Shown: positions 36,584 through 44,227 of the stretch, piece by piece | Numbering within the stretch: position 1 is the stretch's first letter | Layout: the number at the start of each line of letters is the position of its first letter | Assembly: GCA_002869165.1 (NCBI GenBank) | Contig: PKTK01000012.1 | Coordinates: 7,275 to 71,274, forward strand | DNA length: 64,000 nucleotides | Direction of reading: 5' to 3' | DNA from: Candidatus Parcubacteria bacterium | GTDB lineage: Bacteria; Patescibacteriota; Patescibacteriia; Patescibacteriales; UBA12075 | The notes under the pieces: generated by a model | Databases searched by the model: none | Told to the model about the DNA's origin: nothing | What the model saw: the letters and a program-made list of their open reading frames with translations, nothing else | Translations under genes and position numbers: made by a program

Positions 36584-37597
36584 TTAGGTTACATTCTTTT
36601 TTCTGTGCTTATTAACCTTTCTTGCATTTCTTTTCCTTTTGCATTCTGGTCTAATTTTTTCCGAACAAACTTCACCTGAATACCTTCTTCCATCTGGATT
36701 AAATAAAGGTAAAATTCTATTACATTCTGCACATCTTCGGACTTCATTTTCAGAAAGATAAAGTAATTCATAATATAAAAGCGATTTATAGTCATTAAAT
36801 ACTATTACACAATCCTCTCTTTCGTCAAAGGTGCATCTTTTAGTAAAGTTTTCAATGTTTTTTTTATTTATTTTTTTAGTTTTTAGTGCATTATTATTCA
36901 GAACTCCATCACACATCTCTACTAATTCCCATATTGCCTTGTTGCAATTAAAAATTTTCTTATACTTTAAATCTTGTCTTAAAAATTCAACATCCTCTTC
37001 TGTTATTTGGTTTAAATATATTTTTTCTTCATATTTTTTTATTATTTTGTATATTTTATTTGCCTCATCTTGTGTAATTCCAAAAATATCTAAATTATCT
37101 TTTTTTTCAAAAACATCAGTAAAGCTATACATTCTCCATTCCAGCAAGCCACCATAATCTACATACTCCACATTTATAGCAGGCATTGTCTTGTATGTAA
37201 TATCATCTTTCATATTGCTAAAATATTGTTTAATAGAGTCGCTACCCTTGGGCATTAAAGACCCTTTTAAGTATACTTGATTTCCAGCATTGTGATATTC
37301 CACAGAAACTAAAAAAACCAAGGAAAATTGCTTGTCATAAGGAGGTGATAGTTCGTAATTAAAAATATCACAAGAAACAGTAATATCACAAACTTCATTT
37401 ACTATCCTTTCAAGCTCGCCCTCATTTTTAAGGTATAATTCTACCAAGGAATTATCTTCCTTTTCTATATCTAAATCTTCTAATTTTAATTCGCTTGCTT
37501 GCCATCTCGGTATTATAGCAATACATTTATGTTCAACATAACCCAAATTTTCATTAATAACATCTCTTGCCCTTTTTGTTGTATACTTTTTAGCCAT
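36584..37597 (-). CDS. hypothetical island protein with a C-terminal Cys cluster and basic tail
   Basis: 337 aa, ending ...RRCAECNRILP...GEVCSEKIRPECKRKRNARKVNKHRKK. Confidence 0.6.
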   Translation of the reverse strand: MAKKYTTKRARDVINENLGYVEHKCIAIIPRWQASELKLEDLDIEKEDNSLVELYLKNEGELERIVNEVCDITVSCDIFNYELSPPYDKQFSLVFLVSVEYHNAGNQVYLKGSLMPKGSDSIKQYFSNMKDDITYKTMPAINVEYVDYGGLLEWRMYSFTDVFEKKDNLDIFGITQDEANKIYKIIKKYEEKIYLNQITEEDVEFLRQDLKYKKIFNCNKAIWELVEMCDGVLNNNALKTKKINKKNIENFTKRCTFDEREDCVIVFNDYKSLLYYELLYLSENEVRRCAECNRILPLFNPDGRRYSGEVCSEKIRPECKRKRNARKVNKHRKKNVT

Positions 37598-37803
37598 TTT
37601 AAAAATTAAAAAACTATGTCATTATAGCCGAGAAGCTATTCAGAGACGCAGAAAGGTTTAACTCCTCTGGACAAGAAGAGTAATCTCTAAATTAAATCTC
37701 GGCTACAAGGACAGAGCCATAATTTATTTCCTTTCTGCTTTGTTAATGTTTAAATGAAGTGTCCAGTTTCACTATTATTAATATATCAATTATATTATTA
37801 TAG

Positions 37804-38667
37804 TCAATTATTTTTAATTGTATTTTTAATAATAAATTCTAAATACTCTTTGTTATTGCCAAAAACTGTTTTTGCACTTCTAACTGTTCTTTTGATTATA
37901 TTATCAAACTGCCTTTCGGTTATATCAATATATTTTATATCGTTATTGGTAAGTAGGTCCCAGTTTGCATACAAAACAATATTAGAAGTTAAAGGCAAAG
38001 TAAACTCTATGTCTTTATGTCCAAACCCAGCTCTTGCACCAATTGCGTTAGGTCCAAATTTTTTTTCTCTTTCAGGGCTACATATATGTGCTGGATTATC
38101 AGAGGATATAAAATTTTTATCCTTTGGTGCTGTTAATAGCTTCCAGTGCATATTATATAAATAATTTGCAACATACAAAGAAGTGTTCATTGAACTATTT
38201 GCGAAGTGCGAATTAAAATTTTCTAAACCTTCTTTAATTTCGTCTATGCTAACACCCTTACCAGAAGAGGCTGGAGGCAAATAACTATCACTGTTATTTA
38301 CAGAAAAATTTTTTGAGCTTTCTGCAATATCATTCAAAAATCCCCTAAACTGCTCTCTATTTAATCTAATTCTGTTAAAAATTGTTGATGTATAAATGGA
38401 TAGCCATAATTTATCGGTGGTGTTAATTGGTTCTTTATTATTTATTTTATTTTTAATAATTTTTGAATATTCACTTTCTAATTCCGACAAACTCTCCTCA
38501 ATATCAAGAGAGCCATTAACAGTATTATAATGACCTTCTTTAAATTTATTTAGCGGGTTAGTTTTATAAATCCTGTCGTCCTCTTCTAAAACCCAAATTT
38601 TACCATCTTTATCGGCAAAATTTTTCTGGTAAGTTACACTAATGTAATGGTGATAGACTTTTTTCAT
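37804..38667 (-). CDS. DUF4238-family protein
   Basis: N-terminal HHYISVTYQKNF and C-terminal W..L......FISSDNP are signatures I associate with DUF4238. Confidence 0.6.
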   Translation of the reverse strand: MKKVYHHYISVTYQKNFADKDGKIWVLEEDDRIYKTNPLNKFKEGHYNTVNGSLDIEESLSELESEYSKIIKNKINNKEPINTTDKLWLSIYTSTIFNRIRLNREQFRGFLNDIAESSKNFSVNNSDSYLPPASSGKGVSIDEIKEGLENFNSHFANSSMNTSLYVANYLYNMHWKLLTAPKDKNFISSDNPAHICSPEREKKFGPNAIGARAGFGHKDIEFTLPLTSNIVLYANWDLLTNNDIKYIDITERQFDNIIKRTVRSAKTVFGNNKEYLEFIIKNTIKNN

Positions 38668-38718
38668 AATTTTAGATTATTATATGTAGTTACTATATTA
38701 TTTTTTATATAATTAAAC

Positions 38719-38766
38719 AAGAAAAAACCTGCGAAAGCGTTGTTTTGCTATCGCAGGTTGTGTTGT
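38719..38766 (-). terminator. terminator, copy 1 of a duplicated ~48-bp module
   Basis: On the minus strand, CCTGCGA...TCGCAGG is followed by TTTTTTCTT. It nearly matches 40122-40169. Confidence 0.6.
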
Positions 38767-38782
38767 ATAAAGTTTCAAGTTT

Positions 38783-39436
38783 TTAACTTATGATATTTTT
38801 TGCATTATGTATAAATGCTTTTAATTTTTCATTGCTTTTAAATCCGCTTTCTCCTTTCGTGCCAGAGTTGGCATCAACACCGAAAGGTTTTACTGCCTGG
38901 ATTGCCTCATTAACATTTTCAGGATTAAGTCCTCCTGCTAAAAAGACAGGCTTTCTGTATTTTTCTACTATCTCACGACTTAAATCCCAATCGTGTGTTA
39001 TTCCGGTTCCTCCAACTTGGTCAGTTTCAAGGTTCACGGTATCCAACAATATTGCATCTACGGCATTTAAATATCCATAACCATTAGCAATAGATTTTTC
39101 ATTTACCACGTGCAGGGATTTAATCAGTTTTATATATGGTATTTTCTCCCTGATAATTTGGGCGTCATCTGGCGTGCTGTCACCGTGCAACTGAATAGTT
39201 GTTACTCCGATGAATTGAGCAAGCGAAACAATTTCTTCATTATCAACAAGATGGGTTACAAATACGGATGAACAAAATGGAGGCAAATGACTCACTATTT
39301 TTTTAGCAAATTCTTTATCAATAAAATCAGTTGATGAATGTTTTTGCCCAACCAGCAAACCGATTGCATCAGCACCATAGAATACTGCCATCAATGCATC
39401 CTCTGTGCTTTTTATACCGCATACTTTAACTCTCAT
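38783..39436 (-). CDS. trpF: phosphoribosylanthranilate isomerase
   Basis: MRVKVCGIKSTEDA...GADAIGLLV...TIQLHG...GGTGITHDW...FLAGGLNPENV...PFGVDANSG matches canonical TrpF along its full length. AAGGAG RBS. The ORF-track N-terminal extension is rejected. Confidence 0.9.
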   Translation of the reverse strand: MRVKVCGIKSTEDALMAVFYGADAIGLLVGQKHSSTDFIDKEFAKKIVSHLPPFCSSVFVTHLVDNEEIVSLAQFIGVTTIQLHGDSTPDDAQIIREKIPYIKLIKSLHVVNEKSIANGYGYLNAVDAILLDTVNLETDQVGGTGITHDWDLSREIVEKYRKPVFLAGGLNPENVNEAIQAVKPFGVDANSGTKGESGFKSNEKLKAFIHNAKNIIS

Positions 39437-40019
39437 TTTTTTCTCCTTTTGTTCTATGTTTAAGAATAAGTTCAAGTAAAATTTCAGCATACCAGTCTGC
39501 GACTTCAACCATTGCATCGGTTGCTTCCTTGTCATTGGAATAAAGTCTCTTGCCAAAGTTATCAATTTTTCTTTCGCATTTTGAAAAAAGAATACTAACA
39601 AGAGAGGAATGGTGGTTGCATAGACAAAATTCAATATATGCAATCATTGCTCTTTTGAGAAATTCTGGAGACTCTGCATTAATACAGTCAATAAAATGTT
39701 CTGCTATTGCGTTAGCCACTTCTTTGTCATCGCCAGCTTCTGTGAAATGGGCATAAGGCAACAAAAAAAGCATTTCAGTTTCTTTGTTGAAATCAATCAC
39801 TTCCTCAAGATAGCCCTTAACTTCAACTATTGCCTTTTTCGCTAAATCACTCAAAATGCCTGGATAATGCTCTTTATCTAAATACACAGCAAGAGCTTCA
39901 ACACCATCACCTCCGTTATTAAAAACAGATGCTTCCATAATCATCTTTTTGTTCAATCCAATAATATATGGTATTTCGTGCCATTTGATTGCTCCAACTC
40001 CACCGCCTATTGTAAGCAT
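39426..40019 (-). CDS. hypothetical island cargo protein
   Basis: 197 aa with a GGAGGAGG RBS. Overlaps the trpF start by 11 nt. Confidence 0.6.
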   Translation of the reverse strand: MLTIGGGVGAIKWHEIPYIIGLNKKMIMEASVFNNGGDGVEALAVYLDKEHYPGILSDLAKKAIVEVKGYLEEVIDFNKETEMLFLLPYAHFTEAGDDKEVANAIAEHFIDCINAESPEFLKRAMIAYIEFCLCNHHSSLVSILFSKCERKIDNFGKRLYSNDKEATDAMVEVADWYAEILLELILKHRTKGEKNES

Positions 40020-40121
40020 AATTTCCTCCTCCAGTTTGAATATTTTGTATTACAAATTATTATCAAGGTTCAAATATGATTATATATGTTTATCATATTT
40101 TATATAAAAAATCAAGAATAA

Positions 40122-40169
40122 AAGAAAAACCTGCTAAAGCGTTGTTTTGCTCTTCGCAGGTTGTGTTGT
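40122..40169 (-). terminator. terminator, copy 2 of the duplicated ~48-bp module
   Basis: AAGAAAAACCTGCTAAAGCGTTGTTTTGCTCTTCGCAGGTTGTGTTGT compared with 38719-38766. Confidence 0.55.
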
Positions 40170-40184
40170 TTGTGGGTTTATTGG

Positions 40185-40415
40185 TTAAAGCCACCAAAAG
40201 GTTTTGTTGTTTTTGGCTAACCCTTTTCCAATTTGCTCACGGACATCTGCAAATGAATGAAGGGCGAAAAGATTGAAAGTTTTTCCATCTCTTTCTATGC
40301 TACGACCGGTGTCACTCACTTCCATAGCGTCAAAATCAATCATTAGCATTCCGCCGTCTTTTACAGACATTATCCGTAGTTCGTCAAAATTTGCGTCTAC
40401 TGCTATTACAGCCAT
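40185..40415 (-). CDS. hypothetical small island cargo protein
   Basis: 76 aa with an AAGGAGGG RBS. Confidence 0.55.
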   Translation of the reverse strand: MAVIAVDANFDELRIMSVKDGGMLMIDFDAMEVSDTGRSIERDGKTFNLFALHSFADVREQIGKGLAKNNKTFWWL

Positions 40416-40427
40416 TGAAGCCCTCCT

Positions 40428-40931
40428 TTATTCATCGTAAAGATAATTAGCCAACACGGCGAATATCTCGTTGTTGTTTCTTTTGGCGATGTCTTCTGCG
40501 TTTATAAGGGACAACAAATCCAGTTCAATGGCGACAGCCATCATCACGGCTTCATCGGCTTGTTCAGGCAGTCCAGAAAAGGAAAGGATGTAGTTGTCGG
40601 CAACGATAGCTCCGCCCCATTTCCCGTTATCAGGGTCACGGCTTTCATAGCTGGTCATATGACCAAGCTCAAAGTGTGTAGAAATAAGCCTTGCTCCTTT
40701 CTCTTCGGAGTTGTAGGAGTAAGCTGACCATTTTTCTTGCGGAACAGGTTTGCCGACAATACTTACAAACTCAAGTCTTTTAGCGCCAAGGCTGTAAATA
40801 CTGACATAGCCTCCTTTTTTGAGGATGCCTTTACTTGTTGCAAGTTCTGGGTAATTTTTAACAAGAATGTTAACAATCTCCCCGGTTTTTTCAATTACCT
40901 TTTCAACAACTTTTGCTGTAAATTCGTTCAC
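40428..40931 (-). CDS. hypothetical protein with a GlcG/DUF336-like C-terminal motif
   Basis: GTG start with an AGGAGGG RBS. WGGAIVADNYILSFSGLPEQADEAV parallels the DUF336 GGA(I/V)..G..IGAIGVSG....DE motif. The call is weak. Confidence 0.5.
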   Translation of the reverse strand: MNEFTAKVVEKVIEKTGEIVNILVKNYPELATSKGILKKGGYVSIYSLGAKRLEFVSIVGKPVPQEKWSAYSYNSEEKGARLISTHFELGHMTSYESRDPDNGKWGGAIVADNYILSFSGLPEQADEAVMMAVAIELDLLSLINAEDIAKRNNNEIFAVLANYLYDE

Positions 40932-40943
40932 GCTTCCCTCCTG

Positions 40944-41252
40944 TTATTTAGATTTTTCGGTTTTCATTTCACCAGCCGAGAAAAACCCCTCAACCGCCAT
41001 TGTTTCAGTGTCAATATCAATATTGGCTTCTTTGAGCTTTTCCTTGATTTCATTGCGTGTTTTTTCTTCGGTGGAACAGATGCGGATGTAAGGTGCTGAT
41101 TTGACACTGCTATCAAAAGTCCACACAGTAGATGGGACAAATGTAACAATTGCGTCTTTCTGCAACCCCATATCGTGCATTACCAGTCCGATAATTGAAG
41201 TAAGGTTGCTTGCCTTATTTTCATCCATTCCAAAAATCATAATGTTTGGCAT
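40944..41252 (-). CDS. hypothetical protein starting Met-Pro (tautomerase-superfamily-like N-terminus, speculative)
   Basis: 102 aa beginning MPNIMIFG.... Confidence 0.5.
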   Translation of the reverse strand: MPNIMIFGMDENKASNLTSIIGLVMHDMGLQKDAIVTFVPSTVWTFDSSVKSAPYIRICSTEEKTRNEIKEKLKEANIDIDTETMAVEGFFSAGEMKTEKSK

Positions 41253-41305
41253 TTTCTTTCTCCTAATAAGTCTGTGTTTAAATAATGATAAATAATAAAT
41301 AATAA

Positions 41306-41560
41306 TTACAAAATAGATTTTTTTATTTCAATTTTTGGATTTGACAAGGTGATTACCATTTCAAATTCTAATGTTTTTAACATTTTAATCAAGGTTTCAA
41401 AAGATAAATTTTTTTTACCACCTTCAACAAGTGCAATATAATTTGAGGTTAGCTCCATTTTATCAGCCAGTGTTTTTTGAGATATGCCGTTGTTTATTCT
41501 TGCAGTCTTTAATAAGATGCCCATATCTTTCATTGCTTGTATCTTTATTTTTTCTATCAT
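41306..41560 (-). CDS. XRE-family HTH transcriptional regulator
   Basis: LKTARINNGISQKTLADKMELTSNYIALVEGGKKNLSFETLIKM. Confidence 0.8.
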   Translation of the reverse strand: MIEKIKIQAMKDMGILLKTARINNGISQKTLADKMELTSNYIALVEGGKKNLSFETLIKMLKTLEFEMVITLSNPKIEIKKSIL

Positions 41561-41856
41561 TTAACTCTCCTTTTTCGCTTTATATAATTGTAAAATGAAC
41601 AAAAATTAATATTACAGTATATCACGAAAACTACAAAAAGTCAACTATTTTAGCTGACTCTGAAATTTAATCCCTAATGTCACTTCCTCTATGTTGCATT
41701 GAGCATTTCACTGCCCAAATACTGTCCACGAAGTGGTAATTAATGATTAAATGTGAATAGTAGTGACGACTTCTGCAAATCGGTTTTTTCTTTAAGTTAA
41801 AGCAAATTATTGAATTTTGTTTAACCTTGCAGAAATACTCAATTTGCCTCTTTTAC

Positions 41857-41879
41857 AGTTCAACTCTCGCCATCTCCAC
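41857..41879 (+). repeat. attR core (displaced native tmRNA 3' end, continues ..CCA plus native terminator)
   Basis: Identical to 33216-33238. Followed by an 18-bp-stem terminator at 41881-41922. Confidence 0.85.
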
Positions 41880-42068
41880 CATAATAAAACAGTCATTTGA
41901 AATGGCTGTTTTATTATGGTGTAAATGGTGGGTATGTTTAAATTGCTATGATTATACGCATTATTATCACAAAAAAAACAAATAGCAGGTAGACGGTACA
42001 AAACAGAAAAATTAAAAATATTTTGAGGGGGTGAGGCTTCTGCCTCTCTACTCTCACCATCTCCACCA
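41880..42068 (+). mobile_element. cargo-less mini-insertion at the tmRNA 3' end (element B), in tandem with the island
   Basis: A degenerate third copy of the tmRNA end, TCTACTCTCACCATCTCCACCA 42047-42068 (offset 187 bp), is preceded by TTGAGGGGGTG 42023-42033 and hairpin GAGGC-TTCT-GCCTC 42033-42046. Confidence 0.5.
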
Positions 42069-42139
42069 ACATAAAACAACCACACAAAGTGGTTGTTTTA
42101 TTTTATAAGACTATTGAAAATAAAGTTACTATAAATTAT

Positions 42140-42508
42140 TTAATAATTTAATGCTTTTATAAAATTAAAAATAATAGAAAAAATAAACCAAAAAATAAAT
42201 GCAATAAAAACAATAAAACGGACTTTTCTATATACTGATCTATACGCTAAACCAAGTTTTTTCAAAATGTTAATTATTTTAATTCGTTGTTCCATGGAAA
42301 GAAGCCCCACATATAATGAATAGCCAATACCTACAAAAATCATTGGACCAAAAATAAAATACAGCCAAGCTGGGTTATTTATAAATATACTTAACAAATC
42401 AGAAAAATCAAAATCTTTATCTAGGAAGATAAATATTGGTATTATAAGAATTAAACCAATCAAAGCTATTATAAGATCTCTTTTGTTCAATTTACGATCT
42501 TGATCCAT
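42140..42508 (-). CDS. small polytopic membrane protein
   Basis: 122 aa with 3-4 hydrophobic helices. Confidence 0.55.
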   Translation of the reverse strand: MDQDRKLNKRDLIIALIGLILIIPIFIFLDKDFDFSDLLSIFINNPAWLYFIFGPMIFVGIGYSLYVGLLSMEQRIKIINILKKLGLAYRSVYRKVRFIVFIAFIFWFIFSIIFNFIKALNY

Positions 42509-42693
42509 TTTTTATTATTATTTCAAATTATACCATTAAATTAGCAATTAGAAAATATAAAAAAGACATTTAAGAAGTCGAACAATTATCCATAAAGCAG
42601 TGACTACCAATTAGTAAAGACTTAAACAATTAATATAATATGTATTATAAATAAAAAACGCCCAAATTATATTAGGGCGTTTGAATTTTTGAA

Positions 42694-43131
42694 TTAATTT
42701 TTCTGAGTACTGAAACCTGCTTGCACAACTGACCGAAAAGCAATATCATGAGCTCCTTCATTGTTTTCATCATCCAGAGAAATACCGATTGCACCTATCA
42801 ATGACTGACCATTATATATCGGTACTCCGCCACCTTCACAGATAAATCTCTCTGTCTGAATTCCCATAATCTCAGGTGTTGTTCCTCTTTCATCAAGTGC
42901 ACGTTGACAGTACTTAGTACTTTCACCAGTCCACAATGATTGTCTGGCTTTCAAAAAAGCCTCGTTGGATAAACCTGGGCTCATGTTTTCCATTATGCTT
43001 CTGGCAATCTCTACGCCACTCACATTAACAATTTTGATTGATGCATTTAACATTCTCTCCGTGGTCTCATTGTATGCCAAATTAAGTATTTGCATAGCCT
43101 CTTTGGCAACTAGCGATTTAACTTGTCCCAT
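42694..43131 (-). CDS. GlcG/DUF336 (heme-binding-like) family protein
   Basis: GGGVPIYNGQSLIGAIGISLDDENNEGAHDIA. Confidence 0.7.
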   Translation of the reverse strand: MGQVKSLVAKEAMQILNLAYNETTERMLNASIKIVNVSGVEIARSIMENMSPGLSNEAFLKARQSLWTGESTKYCQRALDERGTTPEIMGIQTERFICEGGGVPIYNGQSLIGAIGISLDDENNEGAHDIAFRSVVQAGFSTQKN

Positions 43132-43277
43132 TTAATTCTCCTTTTTTAAAGTAACGTTTAAAAAAATATCAAGTACATTATATTAATATTTTTATCTCAA
43201 AATGTCAAATTTATGTTGACATTTTTACTAAAGTATAATATTTTTATTAAAATTGATCTTTTAAAATGAGGTGAATA

Positions 43278-43616
43278 ATGTTTGCAAAAAACTCCGATAA
43301 TATAAACCTAGTATTTCGTGAAATAAATGAATTTATTCTACTGATAAACAATACTCAAAAATGTTTATATATTATCAAAGAGCATGAAACGCATATAGAT
43401 ATTTACAAAATATGTTATGTAAATAAAAGAGGTAAAGCAGAATTAATCAAAGAACAATTACTAGCAAATCATAACTGGGAAATCGTGTCTAGAAAAGACC
43501 TAGAAGACAAAAAAGATATTGCTGATAAAATAGTGGCGATGTGTCTTGAAATAGTATCAATTTCTAACAAAAATCTAAACAAATTGAATAATCAAATCGA
43601 AAACATTTTTTATTAA
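43278..43616 (+). CDS. hypothetical protein
   Basis: 112-aa ORF with a GAGGTG RBS. Confidence 0.5.
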   Translation: MFAKNSDNINLVFREINEFILLINNTQKCLYIIKEHETHIDIYKICYVNKRGKAELIKEQLLANHNWEIVSRKDLEDKKDIADKIVAMCLEIVSISNKNLNKLNNQIENIFY

Positions 43617-43629
43617 AAAAGGAGAACTC

Positions 43630-44082
43630 ATGCATAATACAATTGATATTGAAGATTTAAAACCCTTCTATAAACTTGATGATGGAAAAGTATTTTTAGC
43701 TTGTTTTATTCATAAGCCCCATCTAACTTTAATAATAAATGTTAAAGATGATATAAATGAAAATACCTACTTTCTAAAATTAAAAAAGAGTGACAAAATA
43801 TGGTTGCTTCTAATAACGGCCGTAGCTGAAAAAGTTTGTGATGAAGACTTTCATCTTTATGAGCCCATTATTGATTTTGACTGTGAAGTAGTAGGCCTGG
43901 ACTATTCAACACCAAATTTAATTGACATTAATTTAAACTATAGGACACTTGAGCATCTAGCTATTAAAGGAACAAAAAAGGCTCTAAGTAATAAAAATGT
44001 TGACTGTAAAGTGTTTAATGTTGGTAAAATTAGAGCTGAGATTAAGAAGGCTCTTATAGATAAATTTGCAGATTTGATCTAA
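43630..44082 (+). CDS. hypothetical protein
   Basis: 150-aa ORF with an AAGGAGAA RBS. Confidence 0.55.
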   Translation: MHNTIDIEDLKPFYKLDDGKVFLACFIHKPHLTLIINVKDDINENTYFLKLKKSDKIWLLLITAVAEKVCDEDFHLYEPIIDFDCEVVGLDYSTPNLIDINLNYRTLEHLAIKGTKKALSNKNVDCKVFNVGKIRAEIKKALIDKFADLI

Positions 44083-44138
44083 ACATCAAAAAACGGACCC
44101 ACAAAGTCCGTTTTTTTATTTTTTCAAAGTTATCAACA

Positions 44139-44168
44139 TTGACTTGAATGGTAAAAATATGCTATAAT
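44139..44168 (+). promoter_or_regulatory. sigma70-type promoter candidate
   Basis: TTGACT 44139-44144, 18-nt spacer, TATAAT 44163-44168. Confidence 0.5.
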
Positions 44169-44227
44169 AGTAACATAAAGATCAAAAAATACTCTTTTTT
44201 GATATAAAAAAACAAAAATAAAATACT

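Larger units (their letters stand above)
33216..41879. mobile_element. 8.66-kb integrative island in the tmRNA 3' end
   Basis: 23-bp identical direct repeats AGTTCAACTCTCGCCATCTCCAC at both ends. Tyrosine integrase and excisionase sit at the ssrA-proximal end. All genes are on the minus strand. Confidence 0.85.

Noticed and set aside
39437-39643. 69-codon N-terminal extension of the trpF ORF
   Set aside because: Canonical TrpF starts at MRVKVCGI with an AAGGAG RBS. The extension overlaps the upstream gene in another frame.
41807-42085. 92-aa minus-strand ORF
   Set aside because: It spans attR, the tmRNA terminator and the mini-element, so it is a non-coding repeat region.
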